A stretch of 64,000 nucleotides of DNA. It comes from an uncultured Desulfurellales bacterium (GTDB lineage Bacteria > Campylobacterota_A > Desulfurellia > Desulfurellales > Hippeaceae). The stretch lies in the NCBI GenBank assembly GCA_964544085.1, contig CAZIZT010000027.1, forward strand, positions 33,676 through 97,675, read 5' to 3'. Each line of letters begins with the position of its first letter. Position 1 is the stretch's first letter. A program made the position numbers and the translations under genes. The notes beneath the pieces were generated by a model. The model was not told where the DNA came from. It did not search any database and saw nothing but the letters and a program-made list of their open reading frames with translations. Shown in pieces: positions 46,595 through 59,210 of the stretch.

Positions 46595-47698
46595 ATGAGC
46601 CACACGCTTGTCTGTTACCTGTGCAATAGATCCTATAAGCCGGATAGTTTGAAGTGGAGATGCGATTGCGGTGGGTATCTGGATGTGCGCATGGATGAGC
46701 GCAGGATCGATTTTGAGAAACTTGATGGCAATAGGGGCATGTGGCGATACGAAGCAATACTGCCCGTTGAGGATCCACACAGCATTGTGTCGTTTAATGA
46801 GGGTTTTACACCGCTTGTTGATACCGGTTTTTCGAATGGTAAGGTGTATTTCAAACTCGACTATTTGTTTCCCTCCGGTTCATACAAGGACAGAGGGGCA
46901 AGTGTGCTGTTAAGTATGGTTAAACAGCTCGGTGTCACTGAGATTATTGAAGACTCCTCCGGTAATGCTGGCTCCTCGATAGCCCTGTATGCTGCGAGGG
47001 CTAACGTGAAAGCCACAATCTACGTGCCGGCTGATACATCCGCATCAAAGATCACGCAGATCAGAGCCTCTGGTGCGCGTATAATGCTGATTGAGGGCTC
47101 AAGAAGGGATGTGTACGAAAGGGCTATCAACGATGCAACAGAGAAAAGCATCTATTATGCAAGCCATATATGGAATCCATACTTCTTTCAGGGTACAAAG
47201 ACGTTCGCTCTTGAGCTCTTTGAACAGATGGGCTATACATCACCGGATGCGATTGTTATCCCTGTGGGCAATGGAACGCTGTTTATTGGTGCCTATCTGG
47301 GGTTTGAGTATCTCAAAAGACTCGGATACATCAAAAGGATGCCGTCATTAATAGGGGTTCAGGCAAAAAACTGTGCGCCACTTTTTGCCAGTAAACATTC
47401 CTTGAGATTTAGCTCTTCTGAAACCATAGCCGAGGGTATAGCCATTGAGAATCCACCAAGGATAAAGCAGATACTGGATATTGTCGAGGAAACGGGTGGT
47501 GATATTGTAGTTGTAGGGGAGGGAGAAATCGTCGATGCGATGAAGAAGCTCCATAGGAGTGGCTTCTATGTTGAGCCCACATCGGCAGCTGCCGTAGCCG
47601 CCCTTGACAGGATAACAATTGCTCAAAATAGCAGTGTTGTTGTCCCACTAACAGGAAGTGGACTGAAAACACAGGATAAAATAGAAAAATTTCTTTAA
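46595..47698 (+). CDS. Threonine-synthase-like fold-type-II PLP enzyme with an N-terminal Cys4 zinc-ribbon-like segment
   Basis: 367 aa with CYLC...CDCGG at the N-terminus, PLP-lysine context SGSYKDRG and the glycine loop PVGNGT. Confidence 0.65.
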   Translation: MSHTLVCYLCNRSYKPDSLKWRCDCGGYLDVRMDERRIDFEKLDGNRGMWRYEAILPVEDPHSIVSFNEGFTPLVDTGFSNGKVYFKLDYLFPSGSYKDRGASVLLSMVKQLGVTEIIEDSSGNAGSSIALYAARANVKATIYVPADTSASKITQIRASGARIMLIEGSRRDVYERAINDATEKSIYYASHIWNPYFFQGTKTFALELFEQMGYTSPDAIVIPVGNGTLFIGAYLGFEYLKRLGYIKRMPSLIGVQAKNCAPLFASKHSLRFSSSETIAEGIAIENPPRIKQILDIVEETGGDIVVVGEGEIVDAMKKLHRSGFYVEPTSAAAVAALDRITIAQNSSVVVPLTGSGLKTQDKIEKFL

Positions 47699-47739
47699 GC
47701 CAGACTCAGGTGAAATATGTTTATGTTTTCTAAAAAGGG

Positions 47740-47768
47740 TTGACATGGTGCGCGCAGAGGTATATGTT
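47740..47768 (+). promoter_or_regulatory. Candidate sigma-70 promoter upstream of the riboswitch
   Basis: TTGACA, a 17-nt spacer, then TATGTT (TATATG is offset by 2 nt). Confidence 0.45.
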
Positions 47769-47771
47769 ATT

Positions 47772-47888
47772 GAGTGAGTTAATTCTCCGAGCTTTTAAAC
47801 CTAAGGCTTCCTTTGATGGGAGCTATGGTTTTTAAGCCGATAGGGTGAGTGTGGAAACGCATTCGCCTCCCGTGCTTGGAAAGGAGAA
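47772..47888 (+). promoter_or_regulatory. Molybdenum/tungsten-cofactor (Moco, moaA-motif) riboswitch candidate
   Basis: Contains CTCCGAGC near the 5' end and a stem AGCTTT/AAGGCT. The 3' segment TTCGCCTCCCGTGCTTGGAAAGGAG closely resembles the E. coli moaA leader (...CUUCGCCUCCCGUAUCUGGAAAGG...). The RBS is embedded in the 3' arm, and a Mo/W transporter lies directly downstream. Confidence 0.72.
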
Positions 47889-47891
47889 GTT

Positions 47892-48962
47892 GTGATTTCT
47901 CTTTCTATTCGTAAGCGGCTTGGCGCTTTTCAGCTTGATGCCTCCTTTGAGCTTTCCACCAATCGCTGTGTGATATTCGGACCTTCCGGTAGTGGAAAAT
48001 CATCTCTACTAAAAATGATAGCTGGGTTTTTTGATCCGGATGAGGGCAGGATCATCATAAATGGCAAATGTTATTTCGATAGCAAACGGTCTATCTCCCT
48101 GGCTATTCAGAAACGTAATGTGGGTTATCTTCCTCAAGAGTATACGCTATTTCCGCATATGAAGGTCAGGCAGAATATTGAGTATGGTTTAAAGAAGCGA
48201 AAGATACGGGAATTTCTGCCGGTTGAGGATCTGGTGAAGAGGTTTGGTATAGACGATTGTATGGACAGATACCCTTCAGAACTCTCAGGCGGACAGCGTC
48301 AGAGAGCTGCACTGGTAAGGGCTCTTGTTGTTAAACCCGATCTACTTCTGCTGGATGAGCCCTTCAGTGCCCTTGATAAGCCGATAAGGGAGGAGTTGAG
48401 AACGCTGGTTGCCGACGTATCCGAAACATTCGATATACCGGTACTGTTTGTTACTCATGATCCGGATGAGGCGTTTGTATTTGCAGATCAGATGGTGATA
48501 ATAAAAGACGGCATCGTGCTTGAATGCGATTATAAAGAGAGGGTCTTCAATGCGCCCCGTTTTGTTGAAACTGCACTCCTCTTCAATTTTTTCAATATCT
48601 GGCATGTCAAAGAGGCGACAAATGGATCTGTTAAGCTAAGGAATGGCTATGTGCTTAAAACCAATGCTGCTTCCTGCGATTATGTCTCAGTGAAACCGGA
48701 GAATGTAATGATACTTAGACCTGACGCAGATTTCAGGCAGAAGGAGAACGTGATAAGTGTTGTTGTGGAGAGACTAACGTGGCATAACCGATATGTCTCT
48801 GTTTCGACCAGAACAGATGATGGTATGAAAATCAGAATCAATGTCCCTGAACATGTGATAGGCAAGATGCGTATAGAAGAGGGTGTAAGGCTGAGGGTGT
48901 CCCTGGATAGAGGCTCCTTAATCCCGCTTAAAGTGCACAGGAATGTGCATGTTAATTCGTGA
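47892..48962 (+). CDS. modC: Molybdate/tungstate ABC transporter ATP-binding protein with a C-terminal TOBE-like domain
   Basis: 356 aa with a GTG start after AAGGAG. Has Walker A GPSGSGKSS, signature LSGGQRQR, Walker B LLLLDEP and a C-terminal extension of about 120 aa. Confidence 0.75.
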   Translation: MISLSIRKRLGAFQLDASFELSTNRCVIFGPSGSGKSSLLKMIAGFFDPDEGRIIINGKCYFDSKRSISLAIQKRNVGYLPQEYTLFPHMKVRQNIEYGLKKRKIREFLPVEDLVKRFGIDDCMDRYPSELSGGQRQRAALVRALVVKPDLLLLDEPFSALDKPIREELRTLVADVSETFDIPVLFVTHDPDEAFVFADQMVIIKDGIVLECDYKERVFNAPRFVETALLFNFFNIWHVKEATNGSVKLRNGYVLKTNAASCDYVSVKPENVMILRPDADFRQKENVISVVVERLTWHNRYVSVSTRTDDGMKIRINVPEHVIGKMRIEEGVRLRVSLDRGSLIPLKVHRNVHVNS

Positions 48963-48978
48963 TGTTCGGAGGTGCTCA

Positions 48979-49722
48979 GTGAAACGGTTATTATCTGCAG
49001 CTGTATTAGTATTCGGGTTTGTTTCCACGGTTTATGCCGCCAACATCTACTGGTTCTGTGCCGCTGCTATAAGGGTACCATCGGAAAAGATTGTGCGTAT
49101 GTTCAATGCCACACATAAGGATAAGGTGGTCTTTATATCAGGTGGCACTGGTCAGGTGCTTCAACAAATGATCATGGCAAAGAAAGGTGATATCTATACG
49201 CCGCTTGATCAGAAGTTCTTTGAGCTTGCAAAATCCAAAGGTCTTGTCCTGAAGGCGGTCAGATTTCTGAAGCTAACGCCGGTTTTTGCCCTTGCCAGAG
49301 GATCAGAAAATAGGATAAAAAACTTCTCGGATCTTCTAAAGCCGGGCATCAGGATAGCCGCTGGCAACCCTAAAACGATGGCGCTGGGAAAAACCTACGC
49401 CTACATACTTGCACATATGCCGAAGGATATGCGCAGGAAACTGAAAAGAAATGTTGTGGTTGAAGCCATCAATATCTCTCAGATAGTGAACTACTTAAAG
49501 CTTGGCAACGTTGATGCCGGCATTGTGTTCGATGCGGTTGCGAACATGAACCATTTCAGGTACGTTTCTATACCGGCTAAATACAACCAGGTAAAGAGTG
49601 GCTATATTGTTGAGATGAGTTTTCCATCCAGCAGACAGCTGAAGGATGAGCTGTTTAACTATATTCTTAAACATCTGGATGTATACAAAAAATACGGTTT
49701 TGTCGTGGTCAGACAAAAATGA
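48979..49722 (+). CDS. modA: Periplasmic molybdate/tungstate-binding protein (ModA/WtpA-like PBP)
   Basis: GTG start after GGAGG, signal peptide VKRLLSAAVLVFGFVSTVYA, type-II PBP-like sequence. Lies between the ATPase and permease genes. Confidence 0.6.
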   Translation: MKRLLSAAVLVFGFVSTVYAANIYWFCAAAIRVPSEKIVRMFNATHKDKVVFISGGTGQVLQQMIMAKKGDIYTPLDQKFFELAKSKGLVLKAVRFLKLTPVFALARGSENRIKNFSDLLKPGIRIAAGNPKTMALGKTYAYILAHMPKDMRRKLKRNVVVEAINISQIVNYLKLGNVDAGIVFDAVANMNHFRYVSIPAKYNQVKSGYIVEMSFPSSRQLKDELFNYILKHLDVYKKYGFVVVRQK

Positions 49723-50483
49723 AACTAACCAGGTTTTCTCTTGTCTTTGCAGTTGTTCTGGGTTTGTTCATACTTGTAGTGATCCTGTACGGATTTGAGT
49801 GCGTAAGCCCCAAGGAGATCATTTCGCTTGGTAGTGATAAAGAGTTTATCGCCTCGGTCGTTTTCGGTTTAAAAACCTCCCTGCTGGCTACGCTGTTCTC
49901 AGCCGTATTTGGCATTCCTACCGGGTTTTTCCTGGCAAGGAGTGCAAGCATGGCGGCTAAGGTCCTGGATGCCTTCTTTGATATTCCCATTATCATTCCG
50001 CCGCTTGTTGTTGGAGCCCTTCTTTTGAATTTTTTTAACGCGCCGTTTATCAAGCAGTTTTATTCCTTTATTTTCACAACAGCAGGTGCTACCGTTGCTC
50101 AATTTTTTGTGGCATTCCCGTTTAGTGTCAAGGCGTCCAGGACCGCCTTTGAGCTTGTGCCACCTGTTTACGAAAGGATAGCAATGACACTTGGTGCATC
50201 AAATCTTGCCTCTTTCTTTGACACCACGTTTAAGCTTGCCTTCAATGGTATACTCTCCGGGTTAATGCTGACGTGGTTGCGCAGTCTTGGTGAGTTTGGA
50301 GCTACCCTGATGGTTGGTGGTGGAATAGCCTACAAAACTGCAAATATTCCGATTAACATCTATCTTAAAATGACGGAGGGTGATTTCAATAAGGGACTTG
50401 CTGCAAGCATCGTCGTCGTGGTGCTCTCATTTATAAGCGTGGTCATAGTGAAGCTTCTTTTTAAGAAACCCCGCGCTTACTGA
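49719..50483 (+). CDS. modB: ABC transporter permease (ModB-like)
   Basis: 254 aa BPD_transp_1-type permease with 5-6 TM helices. ATGA overlap with the binding-protein gene. Confidence 0.7.
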   Translation: MKLTRFSLVFAVVLGLFILVVILYGFECVSPKEIISLGSDKEFIASVVFGLKTSLLATLFSAVFGIPTGFFLARSASMAAKVLDAFFDIPIIIPPLVVGALLLNFFNAPFIKQFYSFIFTTAGATVAQFFVAFPFSVKASRTAFELVPPVYERIAMTLGASNLASFFDTTFKLAFNGILSGLMLTWLRSLGEFGATLMVGGGIAYKTANIPINIYLKMTEGDFNKGLAASIVVVVLSFISVVIVKLLFKKPRAY

Positions 50484-50568
50484 TCCTCCTTACTCTTTCC
50501 AAAACAAGCCAAGCTCATTGACAATATTTGCTAATTTATTTAGAATTTCCAGACCATTGGAGGTGTGT

Positions 50569-51435
50569 TTGAAGAAGACTATAACGATTCTCCTTGTAAT
50601 GGGTCTGTTATACGGTTGCTCAAACGCTTCCAAGGAGGAGATAAAATACTTAAAAACCCGTATCGATACGCTGCAGGTGCTTATAAACCAGAACACAAGC
50701 AACATCAAAAACAACACGCAACGCATAAACTCCTTGGACGAAAGGCTTCTTCTGATAGAGAAAAGGTTACAGCAGGAGCGAAAGAGGCAGAGCCTGTTAA
50801 TCGATAAAATACCGCCCATTACGGAGATAGTTGGTGATAATGCCTCCGACAATAATTCAGGTGTGGCTTCAAGGGCTATGCCCAAAGAAGCCAAACACGG
50901 TACCAGTGTGGTTTCTTTAAGACCCATTGCGTCGGGCAAAAAGAGCGGTGCTCCTTCTGCAGAGAAGGTTACACAAAAAGTCCATGTAAAAGTTGCAGAA
51001 TCGAATTCTTCAAAAACTGCACCCACAAAACAGGAGAGGTGTAACAGTAGTGAGGACTTCAAGGTGTTTTACAAAAAGGCTCTAAAGAGATTTATGGCGA
51101 CTGATTATCCATCTGCAGCACGAATGTTTGAAGAGTTTCTGCGCTGTTATAAGGAAAACAGCCTTACCGATAATGCAATTTACTGGCTTGCCCTGTCAAA
51201 TCTGCGAATGGGTAAGCAGAAAAGGGCAATTGAACTGTTTAAGAGATTGATTAGGGAGTATCCCTACGGAGCCACAACCATGGGTGGCAAAACGGATGCG
51301 GCATTGTTTGAGCTAATCAGGATTTATAGGGATGATGTTTCCTTGAGAAAAAGGTACATGGATATTCTGCTTAAGCGTTTTCCGGGTAGCGTTTATGCCA
51401 AGCGCGTTAAAAAGATGTTTTCCGGGAGGAGTTGA
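50569..51435 (+). CDS. cpoB: Tol-Pal system protein YbgF/CpoB-like lipoprotein (coiled coil plus TPR)
   Basis: TTG start after GGAGG, lipobox LLYGC, an N-terminal coiled coil and a C-terminal TPR region (FYKKALKRF...AIYWLALSNLRMGK...). Confidence 0.65.
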   Translation: MKKTITILLVMGLLYGCSNASKEEIKYLKTRIDTLQVLINQNTSNIKNNTQRINSLDERLLLIEKRLQQERKRQSLLIDKIPPITEIVGDNASDNNSGVASRAMPKEAKHGTSVVSLRPIASGKKSGAPSAEKVTQKVHVKVAESNSSKTAPTKQERCNSSEDFKVFYKKALKRFMATDYPSAARMFEEFLRCYKENSLTDNAIYWLALSNLRMGKQKRAIELFKRLIREYPYGATTMGGKTDAALFELIRIYRDDVSLRKRYMDILLKRFPGSVYAKRVKKMFSGRS

Positions 51436-52475
51436 TGAGAAAAATCGCGTTGCCAATAGTGGTTCTTTTATTGTTGACGGTTAATGCAATGGCTGCAAGC
51501 AATCTCCATATTGTACAGCCTGGCGATACACTGTGGTCACTGTCCAGGTCCCATTACAAAAACCCGTTTTTGTGGGGCAAAATCTGGATGAACAACACAT
51601 ACTTGAACGATCCGAATCTGATATTCCCCGGCGAGCTTATTCGTTACACAAAGCATGGAATTGTTCTCTACTCTGGCTCTAAAAGGAAAGGAAGGGTATC
51701 CCTGAGCGGGTTGATGCACTTTGTTTTGTACGACTCGTTTGTCTTTTATGATGGAAAGTACTACTACTCCGATTGTGGCAACGGTTTTTGTATCTGGAAG
51801 CCAAAAAATTTCAGGCTTGGACATGTACGTTTCGATCTTTACAACGAGCTTGAGGCAAGGCCGCACACGAAGGTTTTTGTCTATACGCAAAGGGATGTTG
51901 GTGTAAGGTATTTTTACGTATACAGGCAGATCAAGGATTACTGGTACAATAAGGTGTGTAGCTCTTTGAGTCTGTTTGTTCCCATAGGTTTGATTAGGGT
52001 TACAAAAAAGGTTAAACCTGGCATATATGAGGGTGTTATCGAGAAAGCTTATGCTGAGATATCCGGAGATGATATTGTCAACACAGTCTATCCTTTCAAA
52101 GCTGTGCCAAAGCATCCAAAACAGACCAAGTTAAACAACCTGCCTGTTGAATTAATCGGCATTTACGATTACAGTCTGACGCCCCATACTGGCTATTATC
52201 TGTTTTTGAAGGTGCCCTCTGCCAGCTATAAGTGGATGAAGAAGGAGTCGGGAAAGGGTTATCACATGGTTAAGTATCCCCCTCCCTTGCTGAGGGATAT
52301 AGTGGGCAGGAGTGTTACTCTTGAACGCGTAAACCCAAATCTCCCGGTGAATACAGCTATCGGCACCGGTGTTGTTGTTAGCCAGTATGAGAATTATCTT
52401 GTTCTGTATTTCAACACATATAACAGCGATTTAAAAGAGATTCCTGATAAAACACAACACTATGTTTTGAGGTAG
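51432..52475 (+). CDS. LysM-domain peptidoglycan-binding protein
   Basis: 347 aa with a signal peptide and a LysM motif (HIVQPGDTLWSLSRSHYKNPFLWGKIWMNN...IFPGELI). Confidence 0.7.
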   Translation: MMRKIALPIVVLLLLTVNAMAASNLHIVQPGDTLWSLSRSHYKNPFLWGKIWMNNTYLNDPNLIFPGELIRYTKHGIVLYSGSKRKGRVSLSGLMHFVLYDSFVFYDGKYYYSDCGNGFCIWKPKNFRLGHVRFDLYNELEARPHTKVFVYTQRDVGVRYFYVYRQIKDYWYNKVCSSLSLFVPIGLIRVTKKVKPGIYEGVIEKAYAEISGDDIVNTVYPFKAVPKHPKQTKLNNLPVELIGIYDYSLTPHTGYYLFLKVPSASYKWMKKESGKGYHMVKYPPPLLRDIVGRSVTLERVNPNLPVNTAIGTGVVVSQYENYLVLYFNTYNSDLKEIPDKTQHYVLR

Positions 52476-52481
52476 GTGGAC

Positions 52482-53909
52482 ATGCTAAGGGTGTTTGATA
52501 CTGCCAGAGGAAAACAGGTGGAGTTTATTCCAATCAAAAATGATAGTGTTGGCATGTACGTGTGCGGGGTTACCGTATATGACTACTGCCATGTGGGCCA
52601 TGCAAGGAGTGCAGTGAGTTTTGATGTGATTTACCGCTATCTGGAGTATAAGGGATATAAGGTTACGTTTGTTAAGAACTTTACGGATGTTGACGATAAA
52701 ATCATTAACCGTGCAAACCAGGAAGGTGTTTCCTCCTCACAGATAGCTGAGCGTTATATCGAGGAGTATTATCGTGACATGGAAGCTATCGGTATAAAGA
52801 GACCCACATACGAGCCGAAGGCAACGGAACATATAGATGAGATTATCAAGCTTATTGAGCGACTGATAGAGAAGGGTTATGCCTATGTGGTTGATGGTGA
52901 CGTTTATTACCGCGTAGAGAGGTTTAAGGATTACGGCAAGCTGTCCCATAAAAATATAGAGGAACTCCTTAGTGGGGCGCGGGTTGAGGTAAACGAAAAA
53001 AAGGAGAGCCCCCTCGATTTCGCATTGTGGAAACGCTCCAAAGACAACGAGCCTGCATGGGATTCACCGTGGGGTAAAGGACGGCCCGGGTGGCACATTG
53101 AGTGTTCCGCGATGAGTATGAAGTACCTTGGTGAAACCTTTGATATACACGGTGGCGGAGAGGACCTGATCTTTCCGCACCATGAAAATGAGATTGCTCA
53201 GAGTGAAGCTGCAACGGGCAAACGATTTGTAAATTACTGGTTGCATAACGCCTTTGTTAGAATAAATAAGGAAAAGATGAGCAAGTCTCTTGGTAATTTC
53301 TTTACCATTCGTGATATACTTAAAGAGTTTAGAGGCGACGTATTAAGGTATTTCCTTTTGCTTACGCATTACAGGAGTCCCATAGAGTTCTCTTTTGAGG
53401 GCTTAAAAAGCGCTCGCGAAGCTTTGGATAGGTATTACAACTTTGTAAAGCGTCTTGAGGATACAGCTTTTGATGCAAATGGCATGAAGGACAATCTGCT
53501 GGGTGAGGAACTTGATGGGATGATCGACCGCTTTGAGAGTGCAATGGACGATGATTTTAACACGCCAAAAGCAATAGGAGAGATTTTCAAAACCATAAGG
53601 GAGTTTAATGCTTACCTCGATAAGTGTGAGAAGGAAAACAAAAGACCACTTGATGCTTATAGGGATAGCTTCCTTGGAGCAATCAAGAAAATTAACAGTG
53701 TGCTTGGCGTATTCGAAAGTGACTCCTCGGTCTGGTACAGGGCTGATGGTGTGGATGTAGCATACATCGAGGAGAAGATTCGCCAGCGTGCTGAAGCCAG
53801 AAAAAGGAAGGATTTCAAAACCGCAGACGCCATTAGAGATGAGCTGAAACGAATGGGTGTTGTACTTGAAGATACCAGGGATGGGACCAAATGGAAGATA
53901 GAAAGCTAA
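52482..53909 (+). CDS. cysS: Cysteine--tRNA ligase
   Basis: HIGH region [13 protein letters not shown] motif present, Zn-binding cysteines. ATG 52482 is preferred over GTG 52476 on RBS spacing. Confidence 0.93.
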   Translation: MLRVFDTARGKQVEFIPIKNDSVGMYVCGVTVYDYCHVGHARSAVSFDVIYRYLEYKGYKVTFVKNFTDVDDKIINRANQEGVSSSQIAERYIEEYYRDMEAIGIKRPTYEPKATEHIDEIIKLIERLIEKGYAYVVDGDVYYRVERFKDYGKLSHKNIEELLSGARVEVNEKKESPLDFALWKRSKDNEPAWDSPWGKGRPGWHIECSAMSMKYLGETFDIHGGGEDLIFPHHENEIAQSEAATGKRFVNYWLHNAFVRINKEKMSKSLGNFFTIRDILKEFRGDVLRYFLLLTHYRSPIEFSFEGLKSAREALDRYYNFVKRLEDTAFDANGMKDNLLGEELDGMIDRFESAMDDDFNTPKAIGEIFKTIREFNAYLDKCEKENKRPLDAYRDSFLGAIKKINSVLGVFESDSSVWYRADGVDVAYIEEKIRQRAEARKRKDFKTADAIRDELKRMGVVLEDTRDGTKWKIES

Positions 53910-54769
53910 AAAAGAATCAGGATAGCAGTAACGATATAAGCGTGGATACAGTGCCAAACGATGAGACATCGGATGCGCTTACGCTCTATTTGAAAGAGAT
54001 AAGCAAGATACCTGTTCTATCACCCGAAGAGGAAAAGGAGCTAAGCAGGCGAATCAGGCAGGGTGACAGGGAGGCACTGAAAAAACTGGTTAAACACAAT
54101 CTGAGATTCGTCGTTAGCATAGCCAAAAAATACAGAAACTTCGGTGTGCCTTTTCTGGACCTGATAAATGAGGGAAACCTTGGACTGATCAAGGCTGCAA
54201 AAAAGTTCGATCCGGATAAGGATATTAAGTTTATCTCTTACGCATCATGGTGGGTAAAGCAGTCGATAATTAAGTTTCTAACCGAGCAGAGCACTCCGAT
54301 AAAGATACCAATCAAAGCGAAAACGAGAAACAGAAAGATAGATGAGATAATCAGCCGTTTTAAAAAGGAGCTGAATCAGGATCCGAACAAGGAAGAGATA
54401 ATGGAGGAAAGCGGCTTAAGCGAGAAGGAGCTAAAAAACGCAGAGCTCGCTAAGCTGACTTTTGACTCACTCGATCAGTTCGTAAATGACGATAAGGATG
54501 CAACGCTTTTGGATCTTATCAGTTCTGATGAGCCTTCCCTTGAGGAGAAGCACATACAGGAGTCGTTGATCGAAGATATCAATAAGTACCTATCTACGCT
54601 GCCTGAGCGTGAACAGGACATTATCCGCTTAAGATACGGTCTGTATGATGGTAAACCTCGTACATTGAGAGAGATTGGAAACAAGTACAATATCAGCAAG
54701 GAACGTGTCAGGCAGCTTGAAAACAGCATCATGGAAAAGCTCAGAAAGAAATTCAAGGGGTACAAATGA
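53891..54769 (+). CDS. RNA polymerase sigma-70-family factor (RpoD/RpoS-like, regions 1.2-4)
   Basis: 292 aa. Region 2 reads NLRFVVSIAKKY...DLINEGNLGLIKAAKKFD...FISYASWWVKQSI, and region 4 reads REIGNKYNISKERVRQLEN. Confidence 0.85.
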   Translation: MEDRKLKKNQDSSNDISVDTVPNDETSDALTLYLKEISKIPVLSPEEEKELSRRIRQGDREALKKLVKHNLRFVVSIAKKYRNFGVPFLDLINEGNLGLIKAAKKFDPDKDIKFISYASWWVKQSIIKFLTEQSTPIKIPIKAKTRNRKIDEIISRFKKELNQDPNKEEIMEESGLSEKELKNAELAKLTFDSLDQFVNDDKDATLLDLISSDEPSLEEKHIQESLIEDINKYLSTLPEREQDIIRLRYGLYDGKPRTLREIGNKYNISKERVRQLENSIMEKLRKKFKGYK

Positions 54770-55386
54770 ACCCATACGAAGTGCTTGGCGTAAGGAAGGA
54801 TGCCACGCTCGAAGAGGTGGCGCACGCCTTCAGGGAGCTTGCCAGAAGGTATCATCCTGATATTGCAACAGATGAGAGTGATAGAAGGTTGCGTCGTGAG
54901 CGTTTTGTACAGATTTCTCAAGCCTACAACCAGATTAAATCTCAACTAACAGGACAGAAAAACGCGCAGAATGAAAGTGATGAATCAGACGATAAGGATC
55001 GTCTCAAATGGATTATGGAAAGAGCCAGTGCATTTTTTGCCTCTAATAACCTTGATGCGGTCATTGCTCTCCTTAAGCCCCTAAAAGACAAGCTATCGGA
55101 GAAGGGCTGGATGCTGCTTGGGGAAAGCTACCTGAAAAAGAAGCGTTTCCACGAAGCATTGAGGTGTTTCAAAAAGGCTTCTGACATGAATCAGTGGAAT
55201 ATAGAAGCCATGATAGGCATAGCTCATGTTTACGAAAAGGTTGGCCTTATAAGCTCAGCTATTAAGGTTTATGAGGATATTTTAAAGCTTGACAGCACAA
55301 ATAGTATAGCCTTGAAGAAGCTCTCCGCCTTAAAAGGTAAGCAGAAGTTTTCACTGGGCACTCTTTTTAAAAAGGTTGAGGTTTGA
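54766..55386 (+). CDS. J-domain (DnaJ-like) protein with C-terminal TPR repeats
   Basis: N-terminal NPYEVLGV...YHPD J-domain motif, followed by a TPR-like region. Confidence 0.7.
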   Translation: MNPYEVLGVRKDATLEEVAHAFRELARRYHPDIATDESDRRLRRERFVQISQAYNQIKSQLTGQKNAQNESDESDDKDRLKWIMERASAFFASNNLDAVIALLKPLKDKLSEKGWMLLGESYLKKKRFHEALRCFKKASDMNQWNIEAMIGIAHVYEKVGLISSAIKVYEDILKLDSTNSIALKKLSALKGKQKFSLGTLFKKVEV

Positions 55387-55841
55387 AGTTAGGGATCGAA
55401 TCTTATAGACGCATCCTTAAAACACTAATACGCCTGGACGATAGTGCTCACAAAATAGCTCTCTCGTTTGCCGTTGGTGTTTACATTGCAGTCTCTCCCT
55501 TTTTTGGTATACATACAATACTGGCTATAGTGGTTTCACTTATCTTTCGTCTCAACAAGATCTCCACTATTGCAGGTTCATGGGTCAACATGCCCTGGAG
55601 CGCACCGTTTGTCTATTACTTCGAGTACAAGCTGGGCTGCCTTATTACAGGTGTCCATGCCAGGTTTCATCTGAAACCATTCACGCTTGAACACTACTTA
55701 GAAAGTGGTAGGAATGCGTTTTGGTCAATTTTTATTGGTAGTGTGATAACCGGAGTTGTACTGAGTATTGTTTTTTACTTCATAGTGAGGTATCTAATAG
55801 AACTCTACAGAAGGAGGAAATATGTTTCCACTAAAGGATGA
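55383..55841 (+). CDS. DUF2062-family membrane protein
   Basis: 152 aa with the typical DUF2062 layout (SAHKIALSFAVGVYIAVSPFFGIHT...). Confidence 0.55.
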   Translation: MKLGIESYRRILKTLIRLDDSAHKIALSFAVGVYIAVSPFFGIHTILAIVVSLIFRLNKISTIAGSWVNMPWSAPFVYYFEYKLGCLITGVHARFHLKPFTLEHYLESGRNAFWSIFIGSVITGVVLSIVFYFIVRYLIELYRRRKYVSTKG

Positions 55842-56484
55842 TGTGCCTTCATATAGGCAACCTGTAGTGAATATTTTGCTGATTGTTGTTAATATCATTG
55901 TCTTTATTTATGAGCTTAAAGTGCCCAATATCAACGCGTTTCTATACAACCACGCATTTATACCGGCGATGCTTTTTGAATACCACGATTTTTTCCGTTC
56001 CTTTGTCAGAATGTTTGAGTCCATGTTTATGCACGGTGGTTTTTTGCATATTCTTGGTAATATGTGGTTTCTATGGATTTTCGGTGATAATGTGGAAGAT
56101 AGGATGGGTCATGTTAACTATCTGCTCTTCTATCTTGCAGGTGGTATTGTAGCGACCCTGGCTCAAGGCGTAGCAAACCCCTCATCCACCATACCCATGA
56201 TAGGTGCAAGCGGTGCAATTTCTGCAGTAGTAGGTGCTTATTTTGTTATGTTTCCGCAGGCAAAGATCCTATCTTTGGTGCCCATATTCTTTTTTATCAC
56301 ATTTTTGTGGATCCCGGCGTGGCTATTTATTGTTTTCTGGTTTTTCATTCAGTATTTCAACGGTATGCTTGCGATAGCTGCTCATTTCTCTGGTGGCGTT
56401 GCATGGTTTGCACATATCGGTGGTTTTCTGTTCGGATATCTTTTTGTGAAGTATGTATTCAATAGAAATAGGCTATACTTCTAA
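55822..56484 (+). CDS. Rhomboid-family intramembrane serine protease
   Basis: 220 aa with the HGGFLHILGNM motif, the catalytic GASGA serine context and a downstream AHIGG histidine. Confidence 0.85.
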   Translation: MFPLKDDVPSYRQPVVNILLIVVNIIVFIYELKVPNINAFLYNHAFIPAMLFEYHDFFRSFVRMFESMFMHGGFLHILGNMWFLWIFGDNVEDRMGHVNYLLFYLAGGIVATLAQGVANPSSTIPMIGASGAISAVVGAYFVMFPQAKILSLVPIFFFITFLWIPAWLFIVFWFFIQYFNGMLAIAAHFSGGVAWFAHIGGFLFGYLFVKYVFNRNRLYF

Positions 56485-56487
56485 GAA

Positions 56488-59209
<2,722 letters not shown>

Positions 59210-59210
59210 G

